From NCBI GenBank assembly GCA_025454315.1, contig JALOOP010000010.1, positions 1,465 to 65,464 of the forward strand: a DNA stretch of 64,000 nt, written 5' to 3'. The translations under genes were made by a program, and so were the position numbers. Each line of letters begins with the position of its first letter. The stretch's first letter is position 1. The notes below the pieces were generated by a model that saw nothing but the letters and a program-made list of their open reading frames with translations, made no database searches and had not been told where the DNA came from. The DNA comes from Oculatellaceae cyanobacterium Prado106. Lineage in GTDB: Bacteria; Cyanobacteriota; Cyanobacteriia; Elainellales; Elainellaceae. This document shows positions 1 through 8,363 of the stretch, piece after piece.

Positions 1-100
1 CCCCAGGGGGCCACCTTCTGCATCATCAGCTATGCTCCATCCTACAGTGGAGCTTCCAGTGGAGCTTCATAGCTTTAGGACGCGAGACTCAATAAAAAAT

Positions 101-146
101 TAGCGCAGGGCAGATTGTTTCATCTGCGCCTACGCTGATTTTTTTG
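101..146. terminator. Possible bidirectional intrinsic terminator
   Basis: Imperfect GC hairpin (GCGCAG 103-108 pairs with CTGCGC 124-129), flanked by an A-run (94-99) and a T-run (139-145). Lies downstream of the minus-strand CDS ending at 285. Confidence 0.4.
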
Positions 147-284
147 AAGTAAGCTTCGTAGATAGGAATAGCTGAATGCCCTGATAACATCGCCTTGTCC
201 CATGATGGAGACATTTTGCCTACGTGGAATCAACCCTGAGAAATGACAGAAAAAATCACAGACAAAACATCAGAATCACTCGCC

Positions 285-1652
285 TTAGTTAGAAGTTGAA
301 TCAGAACCCGATTGACGAACAGGCGTTTGGCTCGGCGTGGTTTCAATGTTCACTTCAATGACGATCGCAGAGTCCGGTTCAGGAACAGAACTGGGCATGG
401 CATCCATCGGCAGAGGCTCTGCCACATTGGATACCGCAGAAGGGCGAGACGGGGGCGGCGTGGTGATTGGGATATTCGGGCTGACCGTTGTTCTCGGTTC
501 AGGACGGGTCACCGTGGTTTGCAGAATGTCAGGGCTGGGAAGCGGTTCGGGAGAAAATTCCTGAAGCTGCCGGGTGCGCTCCTCGACTTCCAGTTGATAG
601 ACCCGATCGCGCCATTCCTCAATCCTTTCATTGGCTTCATCTTGCAGCGCTGCTCCCCAGTTGACCTGGTTAGCCGCATCGATCGCCGCCTGCAAGGACT
701 CGATATCGCCATCACGGGCAAGCTGTTCAGCGCGTGTGAGTTGGGCGCGGTTTTCGGTGGTGTCTGATCTTTGTTGCCAGGTTGAAATCAACTGTTGGGC
801 TTCGGTGTACTGGGGTGTGCCCATTTGCACTTTTTGGGCTTCCGCAATGCCTGCCTGGAGGGCTTCTGGGTTGCCGGATTGTGCCAGGGAACGAGCTTTG
901 TCTAACTGGGTTTTGCCAACGGCGGCTCGTTGTTTTTGCAGTTGCTTCATCAAGTTGTCGATCTCTTCTGGCTTGACCTTTTCCACATCGGTGGTGCTGG
1001 CTTGCCATTCGTAGGTTTCTTTGTTGGCCTGGAGCGATCGCATCAACTCGTCATATTTGGTGGTCTGCCAATAGCGGTTATCCAATCGGAAGAACTCCCG
1101 AGCGGTAACCAAAGTGCCGTACCAATTGCGATCGTCAATTTGCTTCGTGGCTTTTTTATACAGATTCTCGGCTTTCGTCCAGGTCGTTTGCCAGCGACGA
1201 ATATCTCGTTGAGCTAAGCGATAGGTCCAAATTCCGGCGGGAATCTTGTTGGCAATGGCGATCGCATCTTGCAAATAGCCATCCTGGTAAGCCGCTTCGG
1301 CCAATTTCATCGTTTCTTGAGAGAGCAGGTCAATGAGGCGATCGCTCTCCTTTCTCAATGGATCATCCATCGGCACACTATGCGCCAACCGCAGCGCCTG
1401 CCGCAGATCTTCCGGTGTGCGACGATTACCCAACTCCCGAGCGCAATGAACCCGCGTCGAAGAAGCCGCACTTTCCCAGGAAATCATCCAACAATCGGGC
1501 AAATCCGCCAATAAAACTAGCTGGGTACTCGCCCAAATTCCAGCCCCTAGGGGCAATGCTAAGAAAATCGGCAACCAAAACCGCCATCGAGCTTTACGCG
1601 ACCAAGGAATGCGATCGCACACTGCGACCAGAGCAGGAAATGTTTGTTTCAT
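285..1652 (-). CDS. Hypothetical membrane-anchored protein with Pro/Ser/Thr-rich C-terminal tail
   Basis: 455-aa ORF. N-terminal hydrophobic segment (FWLPIFLALPLGAGIWA), Gln/Glu-rich helical middle, PSPT-rich tail. No catalytic motif recognised. Confidence 0.55.
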   Translation of the reverse strand: MKQTFPALVAVCDRIPWSRKARWRFWLPIFLALPLGAGIWASTQLVLLADLPDCWMISWESAASSTRVHCARELGNRRTPEDLRQALRLAHSVPMDDPLRKESDRLIDLLSQETMKLAEAAYQDGYLQDAIAIANKIPAGIWTYRLAQRDIRRWQTTWTKAENLYKKATKQIDDRNWYGTLVTAREFFRLDNRYWQTTKYDELMRSLQANKETYEWQASTTDVEKVKPEEIDNLMKQLQKQRAAVGKTQLDKARSLAQSGNPEALQAGIAEAQKVQMGTPQYTEAQQLISTWQQRSDTTENRAQLTRAEQLARDGDIESLQAAIDAANQVNWGAALQDEANERIEEWRDRVYQLEVEERTRQLQEFSPEPLPSPDILQTTVTRPEPRTTVSPNIPITTPPPSRPSAVSNVAEPLPMDAMPSSVPEPDSAIVIEVNIETTPSQTPVRQSGSDSTSN

Positions 1653-1726
1653 GACGAGGGGAGGAACTTAAGCCGTGACGAATTGAGGCTATTGTTCCCA
1701 CCCGGATGATCTTCTTGCGCTTCGCT

Positions 1727-1870
1727 GGGGGAAGGGGGAAGGGGGAAAGGCGAAAGGGGAAGGGCGAAAGGATCTCATCGAAGATCTATGAGTGAAGATC
1801 TATGAGTGAACCAGAATAGATCAGTGATTAACCCTTTCCCCTTTCCCCTTTCCCCTTTCCCCTTTCCCCT
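1727..1870. repeat. G-tract arm / C-tract arm inverted repeat element
   Basis: The 1727-1771 arm (GGGGAAGGGGGAAGGGGGAAAGGCGAAAGGGGAAGGGCGAAAGG) is complementary in character to the 1832-1870 arm (CCCTTTCCCC units). The ~60-bp spacer carries a GAAGATCTATGAGT x2 duplication. Confidence 0.85.
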
Positions 1871-2393
1871 AATTCTTCGCCGCCGCCTTCGCCTTTGCGC
1901 CATTCGTCTGCGCTGGGACATCTGAGTTGAGGGCGCGATCGAGAATGGCTCGGGCTTGTTCGGCTTGGTTGCGGGCTTCGCGGAAGCGGATGTTGGCTTG
2001 GGCGAAGTTTTTCAGGGTTTTGAAGCCGTCTTTGAGGCGAGTGACGTCAGTTTCGGAGATGGGTTCGTCGGTGAACAGCAGGTCGATTAATTCCCGCATT
2101 TCCATTGCTTCTTGCTTGGACTCTTGGGTTTTGAGTTTGAGGGTGGCAAGGTTGTTGAGCAGTTGGACGGCTTCTACAATTTCGTCTTCTTCTTGGGAGG
2201 ATTCGGTTTGGGACATTTCTTTTACCTCGATAAATTCGCTGGGGCCAAAGCCGTTTTCTAGGTCGGTACTGAGTTTGCCTTCGTTGAGCAACTGCATGAG
2301 TTGATCCATGGCCTTGTCACGGGCTTTGGCGGAGTCCTTGCCAGATACTTCAATGATAATTTCGGGATCTTCTTTGAGGGTATATTTCACCAT
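1869..2393 (-). CDS. Hypothetical acidic protein
   Basis: 174-aa ORF with uniform coding-like composition and a Lys/Ala-rich C-terminus. Bracketed by repeat arrays at both ends. No motif recognised. Confidence 0.55.
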   Translation of the reverse strand: MVKYTLKEDPEIIIEVSGKDSAKARDKAMDQLMQLLNEGKLSTDLENGFGPSEFIEVKEMSQTESSQEEDEIVEAVQLLNNLATLKLKTQESKQEAMEMRELIDLLFTDEPISETDVTRLKDGFKTLKNFAQANIRFREARNQAEQARAILDRALNSDVPAQTNGAKAKAAAKN

Positions 2394-2400
2394 GGGATTT

Positions 2401-2442
2401 GGGGGGAGTGGGGAGTGGGGAGTGGGGAGTGGGGAGGGAGTG
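2401..2442. repeat. GGGGAGT heptamer tandem array (STRR-like)
   Basis: About five tandem GGGGAGT units, 8 nt from the start codon at 2393. Reads as a C-rich ACTCCCC tract on the sense (minus) strand. Confidence 0.9.
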
Positions 2443-2827
2443 AATTATAGAGGGTGGAGGGGAGTTGCGATCGCCATTCCAACTTCGATTTTATTTTTGG
2501 AAGTTTTTTGGAGATTGAGCAATGACACGGACGAGAACATTTGTTCTTAGTATTCTATAGGAAAATTGCGGATTTGGATGGCGATCGCAATATTTCTACG
2601 GAATTTTAAAGCGAAGATGCCGTCAAACATTTCACCCAATAGGCCAAAAAATAAAGGAGAATGCAGTTCTGCACCCTCCCTTACCATAATTCAATTCAAA
2701 GCCTGTACTACTTTGCTTTTGAAAACTTTCTCTGGCTACTTTCTCTGGCTCAGCATTAAACAATCAGCATTAAACAATTGGATAGCCTTCCACAATGCAG
2801 CTAGAGACAATACACAATCTTCTGAAT

Positions 2828-2851
2828 CTCTGCGTCTCTGCGTCTCTGCGG
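2828..2851. repeat. CTCTGCG(T/G) octamer x3
   Basis: Three tandem octamers. A near-identical array with similar left flank (ACACAA..AT) is at 31408-31436. Confidence 0.8.
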
Positions 2852-2903
2852 TTAACCTCCCAACATTTCCCCGTTGACGGAAACCTCAACATCCCTGATG
2901 AGA

Positions 2904-3632
2904 CTACTGAGCTTTGCAAAATCCTGCGGGTTGGCTGGATGCGATCGCCACAGGTTGTCCCTCAGCGGTTGCAACTTGGTCATAGACACAGGCTAAATGT
3001 CCGCCAACTCGCACTAGGAAATCATCAAAGTCACGATCCTCTTCGGGTTGCATCACCAGCAGTGACCCGGTGTCATCCCAGTTGAGCAACATGCCGCCAT
3101 TGCCCAAGGTGTTGATGCCGCTTTCAAATCGGGCGCGCTGGCTGTTGTTGGAATTGCGGGTATCCACAGAGTAAAAGATTTGCTCCGACTTGCCGTTGAG
3201 GAAAGATTCTAAGTAGAACGCATAGTTGGTGTTGGCTTTGAACTCAAATTCAGCCAAAGGTTGGGTTACGGTATTGCCGGGAGTTCCAAGGAAATCTGTG
3301 TTACGGCCTGTGTCGTCAATAAACGTGGATGGAACTTCGACATTGGCAGGCGTGTCAGAGGGTTTGATTTCCTGGATCAGCGGAGTTTTGGCACCCGTGT
3401 CTAAGTTGACCACGCCAAAGGTGGATTGGTATGCGCCATGGGATTCGACAAATTCAAATTCAACAATGGTATCGACATCGAAGCGGATACCGCGATTGTC
3501 AAAGATTTCTTCGGCCTGGACAGGGGCAGCAACCAGGCTCAACAGGCTACCCAGAAGGGCACTGGTGAACAGGAACCCGGATCTTAGAACCGTCTGACCT
3601 GAAGGCAGGAATTGGGGCTTAAACGTCAGCAT
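2904..3632 (-). CDS. Secreted protein with DUF4114-like C-terminal motif
   Basis: 242-aa ORF. Signal-like N-terminus (LLGSLLSLVAAPVQA). C-terminal EEDRDFDDFLVRVGG resembles the DUF4114 acidic motif as I recall it. Confidence 0.5.
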   Translation of the reverse strand: MLTFKPQFLPSGQTVLRSGFLFTSALLGSLLSLVAAPVQAEEIFDNRGIRFDVDTIVEFEFVESHGAYQSTFGVVNLDTGAKTPLIQEIKPSDTPANVEVPSTFIDDTGRNTDFLGTPGNTVTQPLAEFEFKANTNYAFYLESFLNGKSEQIFYSVDTRNSNNSQRARFESGINTLGNGGMLLNWDDTGSLLVMQPEEDRDFDDFLVRVGGHLACVYDQVATAEGQPVAIASSQPAGFCKAQ

Positions 3633-3705
3633 GGCAAATTACGAAGAATAGAGAGATGAATGGCATTGCACACCTGCTGAGAATGAAACTGACCCAAAAT
3701 AAACC

Positions 3706-4206
3706 TTACCAAAGTTGAAAGGCTTGGGCTTGGCGGATTTGTTCGCGTTGAGCTTCGTTGAGGCTTTGCAGAAAGGTTCTGGCCTGTTCAGTGACGACGC
3801 GCAGCGTTTCGCAGTCGCGGCTAATGCAAATCACCTCGGTCACCGGACCTCGGGCAAAGCGACGGGGCAGATTGGCAGCGGCGACGCGGGATTCGGCGCA
3901 GGCAATTCTGGCTCTGCCGAGGTCTTGGGAAAGACGTTCGGCAGCTTCTAGAACTTCCTGGTCGATAAAATTGTTTTCTTCGTCACGGGTTTGAATAAAG
4001 GGTTCCACCACGGTGCTGCCGGAGTTGTCGGACTGGTTGGGCGGGGTGTCCTGAGCTTGGGCACTGGCGATCGCCCAAAAAGGCGCTGTACTCCCGACCA
4101 AACCGACCACTGCAAAAGCAGCAATTCTGCTTCTTAGGTTATGAACAGTTCGGTTATAAACTACTAGGCTATGAATAGACTGCATGATTGCGCTCTGCCT
4201 CACCAT
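3706..4206 (-). CDS. Hypothetical secreted protein
   Basis: 166-aa ORF with a signal-like segment (AAFAVVGLVGSTAPFWAIASAQA). No motif recognised; start uncertain. Confidence 0.45.
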   Translation of the reverse strand: MVRQSAIMQSIHSLVVYNRTVHNLRSRIAAFAVVGLVGSTAPFWAIASAQAQDTPPNQSDNSGSTVVEPFIQTRDEENNFIDQEVLEAAERLSQDLGRARIACAESRVAAANLPRRFARGPVTEVICISRDCETLRVVTEQARTFLQSLNEAQREQIRQAQAFQLW

Positions 4207-4254
4207 TACAACGTGTCACCATTAGTAACGTGTCACCATTAAGAGGTGTCACCA

Positions 4255-6126
4255 TCAAAACTTGAACGAGATTCCGGTACCAATCACAAAACGCGCTCCA
4301 TCGCCTGCACCCGTGATATCCCGGAGCGCCGGGGTAATGGTCAAGGGGAAATTGCGGAATGGGGTGATGGACACCCCAGCGGCCAAATCTTGCCCCGTCC
4401 ACTCCACAATTACACTGACGGGACGGGCAATCCGGACAGCGGCACTGCCAAAGACATTGACACCTTCCACATCGTTGTTGACATCTTCTTCGGAGCGGAA
4501 TCGACCGTTGCCCACGCCTGCGGTCAGGGCAATGCGGCTGAGGGGGCGATCGATATCCGGCGTGGTGCGAATAATCTGGGTGACGACACCGTACACCGTA
4601 TCCTCAAAGTCCACATCGCCAATGGTGGCAAAGCCTTCCCAACCCAGAGCCACACTCAAGCCACCTGGGAACTGACGGTGCAGTTTGGCGTTGAAGCCTC
4701 CCGTGCCAAAGTCACGAGCCAGCGTCCCAAAGCTAGCCAGGGTATAGGACAATTGCAGACCCACCGTCTCCCGCGAGTCGCCTAAGCCAATGCCAATCCC
4801 CAAGGAGCCATCCGCTCCATCCTCATAGCGCTTATCGGCCTGGAAACTAGCGTTGATAAACCCGGTAAAGTCATCGGCACCGCGTCCTGTGGGATTGGAG
4901 ATGGTGATGGCTGGCGCACCGCCCAACGAATCGCCAAACTCGGGCTGGAGATCAGGCACACCATCCAACTGCCGCTGGAGTTCTTCAATTTCTTGATCCG
5001 TGGGGATATCGCCCGGAGCGGGAGCAGGCGATTCAGGCGTTCCCAGGTTGGGCGTTGGCTCAGCAGGGGACGCATCGGGGAGAGAACTCTGGGCAAACAG
5101 TTCAGCGGGGGCGGGGGCAGGGACTTCTGGAAGAACGCGCACCAGGGGAAGCCGGGAAGCAATGCGGGAGGAGGTATTAGCCTCGGATGCCGTCATGGCG
5201 AATTCGGCCTGATTCGAGGGGGAGTGGGCGATCGCCCACTCCTCAAAACCATCCTCAAACGCACTCTCTGGAATTTCTACCGTCATCACCGAAGTAATTT
5301 CTGGGAGGATCTCTGGGTTTATCTCAGAGGTCATCTCAGAGGTCATCTCCGAAATTCCTGAAATCATCTCTGGAGTGATTTCTAGAGCAAGTTCTGGAAA
5401 GACTTCTAAGGAGATTTCCGAAGAAAGGTCTGGCGTTGTATCGGGGGCAACTTCTGGAGGCGTTTCAGGGACGATTTCTAGAGTTGTCGCAGGATCGATT
5501 TCTAGAGTCGTTTCTGGGGCAATTTCTAGAGTCGTTTCTGGGGCAACTTCTAGCGGCGTTTCTGGGGCAACTTCTGGAGGCGTTTCGGGGACGATTTCTA
5601 GGGGCGTTTCTGGGGCAAGGTCTGAGACTGTATCTGAGGCTGTTTCTGGAGTAGCGTCCGAAGCGAGTACCCCATCCACGGATGCAATGCGGACGGATAC
5701 AGCCTCCAGCACCATATCAGGACTAATAGCTGGTCTGGCATCGAGTCTGGCATCGAGTCTGGCATCGGGCATCATTGCAAGGCCATCAGACCCAGAATCC
5801 CTGCCACTCTCAGCAGCGAGACTGGAGAAAGGTTCAGAAGATTCTTGTTCTGTAGCCGAACGGAGAGACTGTTCTGTGTCGCGATAGACCTGCGCTAATG
5901 GGTTCAGGCTTGCTGGGCGCATAAACGGCTCTGGCGCGATCGCCTCCACCGTCACTGTAGAGATAACGACGGGGCGAGGAGCGACCTCTAGCGATTGAGC
6001 GATAGCCTCTTCCGGCGACAGGGGAGCTTCGGAGGCAGGCGGGGGAGTAGCCGCGATCGCCTGTTGGGTCAATTCGCTGGCAGCCAGAGCCGTTAGGGTA
6101 TAAAAAGCAGCAGTTGAAACACGCAT
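4255..6126 (-). CDS. Putative outer-membrane beta-barrel protein with Pro/Glu-rich repeat region
   Basis: 623-aa ORF with a signal-like N-terminus and a long run of 8-aa P-E-T-x-L-E-I/V-type repeats. The C-terminal ~230 aa alternates hydrophobic and polar residues and ends GISFKF; a terminal Phe is typical of OM barrels. Confidence 0.6.
   Translation of the reverse strand: MRVSTAAFYTLTALAASELTQQAIAATPPPASEAPLSPEEAIAQSLEVAPRPVVISTVTVEAIAPEPFMRPASLNPLAQVYRDTEQSLRSATEQESSEPFSSLAAESGRDSGSDGLAMMPDARLDARLDARPAISPDMVLEAVSVRIASVDGVLASDATPETASDTVSDLAPETPLEIVPETPPEVAPETPLEVAPETTLEIAPETTLEIDPATTLEIVPETPPEVAPDTTPDLSSEISLEVFPELALEITPEMISGISEMTSEMTSEINPEILPEITSVMTVEIPESAFEDGFEEWAIAHSPSNQAEFAMTASEANTSSRIASRLPLVRVLPEVPAPAPAELFAQSSLPDASPAEPTPNLGTPESPAPAPGDIPTDQEIEELQRQLDGVPDLQPEFGDSLGGAPAITISNPTGRGADDFTGFINASFQADKRYEDGADGSLGIGIGLGDSRETVGLQLSYTLASFGTLARDFGTGGFNAKLHRQFPGGLSVALGWEGFATIGDVDFEDTVYGVVTQIIRTTPDIDRPLSRIALTAGVGNGRFRSEEDVNNDVEGVNVFGSAAVRIARPVSVIVEWTGQDLAAGVSITPFRNFPLTITPALRDITGAGDGARFVIGTGISFKF
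5440..5620. repeat. Coding 24-bp tandem repeats with 120-bp higher-order duplication
   Basis: Units such as ATTTCTAGAGTCGTTTCTGGGGCA. The block GGGGCAACTTCTGGAGGCGTTTC(A/G)GGGACGATTTCTAG recurs at about 5445 and about 5565. Confidence 0.8.
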
Positions 6127-7072
6127 AGTAAAAACGTCCGCGAAAGGACGAGTCCAGGGGGTTGTACCAGAAGATTGTCCAGGAGGTTGTCCGGGAGAGT
6201 GATCCAGGAGGTTGTCTCAGTAGTCTTAGTCACAGTTACGCTGGGCAGTTCAACCCATCAGGACAAAATATTCGGGGGGTTTGGGGTTGATTTTGGCCAA
6301 GAGTCATGCTCGGGTAGGCGGACTGGGCGATCGCTCCCACCCCAACAACCTGCCTGGGGCAAACTGCCTCAAGACCGCTGAAAAGCCTAGAGTCAAAGCT
6401 TCTGACGAATAGAAACTAATGGCAAAAATTTCAAATCAACCGCCCATTTGCTGTCCCTCATATCAAATGCAACACTGCAAAGCCTAGGAACTGAAGGTTC
6501 CGAAAAAGTCGGCACTTTAGAGAAAATTGATTTAGATAAAGATGTCGTAAATATGGGTAACTTAAAAACTAAAGTGTAAAGAATTCGTTATATGAATTCC
6601 CCATACTGAGTTCCCAATTCCATAGATAAAGGCGATTGATTCTAAACCGTCTCAATTGCTCGGGAACATTTAACCCGTTCAGTGTGACTGATTCTCTGTG
6701 ATGCTTTGAATACTCGGCGGGAGTGCGATCGTTTGCTTTGTGGGTTCACCCAAGCATTCACTCGGTTGAAGAGGTGCTATTTTTTACACTGATTGGAGCA
6801 GTTTTATACTGAATCCGATTAGAGTGTCAACGTTGTACCCATACTGAGATGCAAGTTGTAACTTTTTCGATCGGATTATTCCTTAAAACAATTTCCGATA
6901 GGTTACGAGTTGATTCTCCAATGCATTCTCCAGTGCATGTTCTAGTCAGCATCCTGGCTGCATTGGGTTGAGATCACAAAGCAAGATTGACCTGCAACCT
7001 GACCTGTCCGTTGCAAGAACAGTAAGGTTAAGATTTGTAGGGCAAGTCGGGTAAACATAGGGGCAAAACTAC

Positions 7073-8095
7073 ATGTCATTTTCTCTTAAAATTCTGCTAG
7101 ATACCTGGCTCAAACTCAGCACCGAGCAAGGGTCTAAGCTACCGGACGATCAGAAACAATTTATTGATGCAGGCACCCTGCTCCCGATCGCCAGTTTCGA
7201 GGCGATCGGCGGTGACCATATCCGGGTTGCCTTTGGGGTCGATCGCCAAGGACGACAAATTGCCTTCAAGGGGCGCAACACCTGGTTTGTCTATCGCCCC
7301 AGCGTACAAGTTCTGCAAAACGGCCAGGTCATTATCGTACCGAAGCCCGCACCCGTCATCAGCTTATCGGCAAGAGTGATTGTAGACACCTGGTTAAAAC
7401 AAAGTACGGTACAAAGCGCTGCCTTAGCTAGTGAGCATAAGCAGTTCATTGACGCGGGCACCGTGCTGTCCGTCTCTAGCTATAACCCGGCTCCAGCCGA
7501 CCATCTGAGGATTGCCTTTGGTCGTAATAGCCAGGGTCAGCAAATTGCCTTTAAGGGACGCAACACTTGGTTTGTTTACCGTCCCGCCATTCAACTCCTG
7601 CAAAACGGACAAATTATCATCACCGGAGACAGTAGCCCTGCCAGTATCGGCAAGATCAACGCTAAGGGACTAGAACTAATCAAATCCTTTGAAGGGTTGC
7701 GGTTAGAAGCATATCTGGATGCAGTGGGCATTTGGACAATTGGTTTCGGCACCACCGAGGGCGTGGCACCAGGGATGAGAATTACCCTGGCTCAGGCAGA
7801 GGCATTTCTGAAACGGGATGTGGAGAAGTTTGAAACTGCCGTGATTGCCAATGTCACCGCACCGATCAATGTCGATCAGTTTTCGGCTTTGGTGTCTTTT
7901 GTATACAACGTGGGGGCAGGAGCCTTTGCGGGTTCTACCTTGTTGCAAATGCTCAACCGCCGAGATTACCAAGGGGCAGCGGATCAACTGCTGCGCTGGA
8001 ATAAGGGCGGCAGTGAGGAACTTCCAGGGTTGACGCGACGACGACAGGCTGAGCGGGCGCTGTTTCTGGGACAGGATTACAAGGTTTTTCTTTAG
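7073..8095 (+). CDS. GH24 (phage-type) lysozyme with duplicated N-terminal module
   Basis: 340-aa ORF. The C-terminal half contains ELIKSFEGLRLEAYLDAVGIWTIGFGTT, with Glu207 - 8 aa - Asp216 - 5 aa - Thr222 spacing typical of T4/lambda-type lysozymes. The N-terminus holds two ~85-aa repeats (aa 5-88 and 101-183). Confidence 0.8.
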   Translation: MSFSLKILLDTWLKLSTEQGSKLPDDQKQFIDAGTLLPIASFEAIGGDHIRVAFGVDRQGRQIAFKGRNTWFVYRPSVQVLQNGQVIIVPKPAPVISLSARVIVDTWLKQSTVQSAALASEHKQFIDAGTVLSVSSYNPAPADHLRIAFGRNSQGQQIAFKGRNTWFVYRPAIQLLQNGQIIITGDSSPASIGKINAKGLELIKSFEGLRLEAYLDAVGIWTIGFGTTEGVAPGMRITLAQAEAFLKRDVEKFETAVIANVTAPINVDQFSALVSFVYNVGAGAFAGSTLLQMLNRRDYQGAADQLLRWNKGGSEELPGLTRRRQAERALFLGQDYKVFL

Positions 8096-8120
8096 TAGAT
8101 CAATCTCTCACCCAAACATC

Positions 8121-8177
8121 CCCCTATCAAAGAGAGGAGTGCGCGGCGAGGCCACGCACTCCTCTCTTTGATAGGGG
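8121..8177. other. Perfect 23-bp-stem hairpin
   Basis: CCCCTATCAAAGAGAGGAGTGCG (8121-8143) and its exact reverse complement (8155-8177) enclose an 11-nt loop. No T-run follows. Lies 26 nt after the lysozyme stop. Confidence 0.9.
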
Positions 8178-8363
8178 CGATAGATCCAAAATCTATTCAA
8201 GGTCAGAAAAAGTACGAGTAGAGAACGACGATCGCCCTCTTCCCCTTTACGAATTCTTATTACAAGGGTGCGATCGCCCCACCCCGTGGGAACTCTAGGG
8301 GTGACCGAACAAGGCATAGCCCATTTGTAGTCCATTTGGAATTGTGCTGAAACTCGGCTGTAA

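Noticed and set aside
6419-6487. 22-codon Cys-rich small ORF (MAKISNQPPICCPSYQMQHCKA) as a possible RiPP precursor
   Set aside because: No maturation, cyclase or protease genes, and no dedicated transporter, are nearby. The ORF is very short and has no ribosome-binding site. It cannot be distinguished from chance in an AT-rich spacer.
7073-8095. GH24 lysozyme as a marker of a prophage
   Set aside because: No holin, terminase, capsid, tail, integrase or att-like repeats are recognisable within 10 kb on either side. The neighbours are ordinary chromosomal genes.
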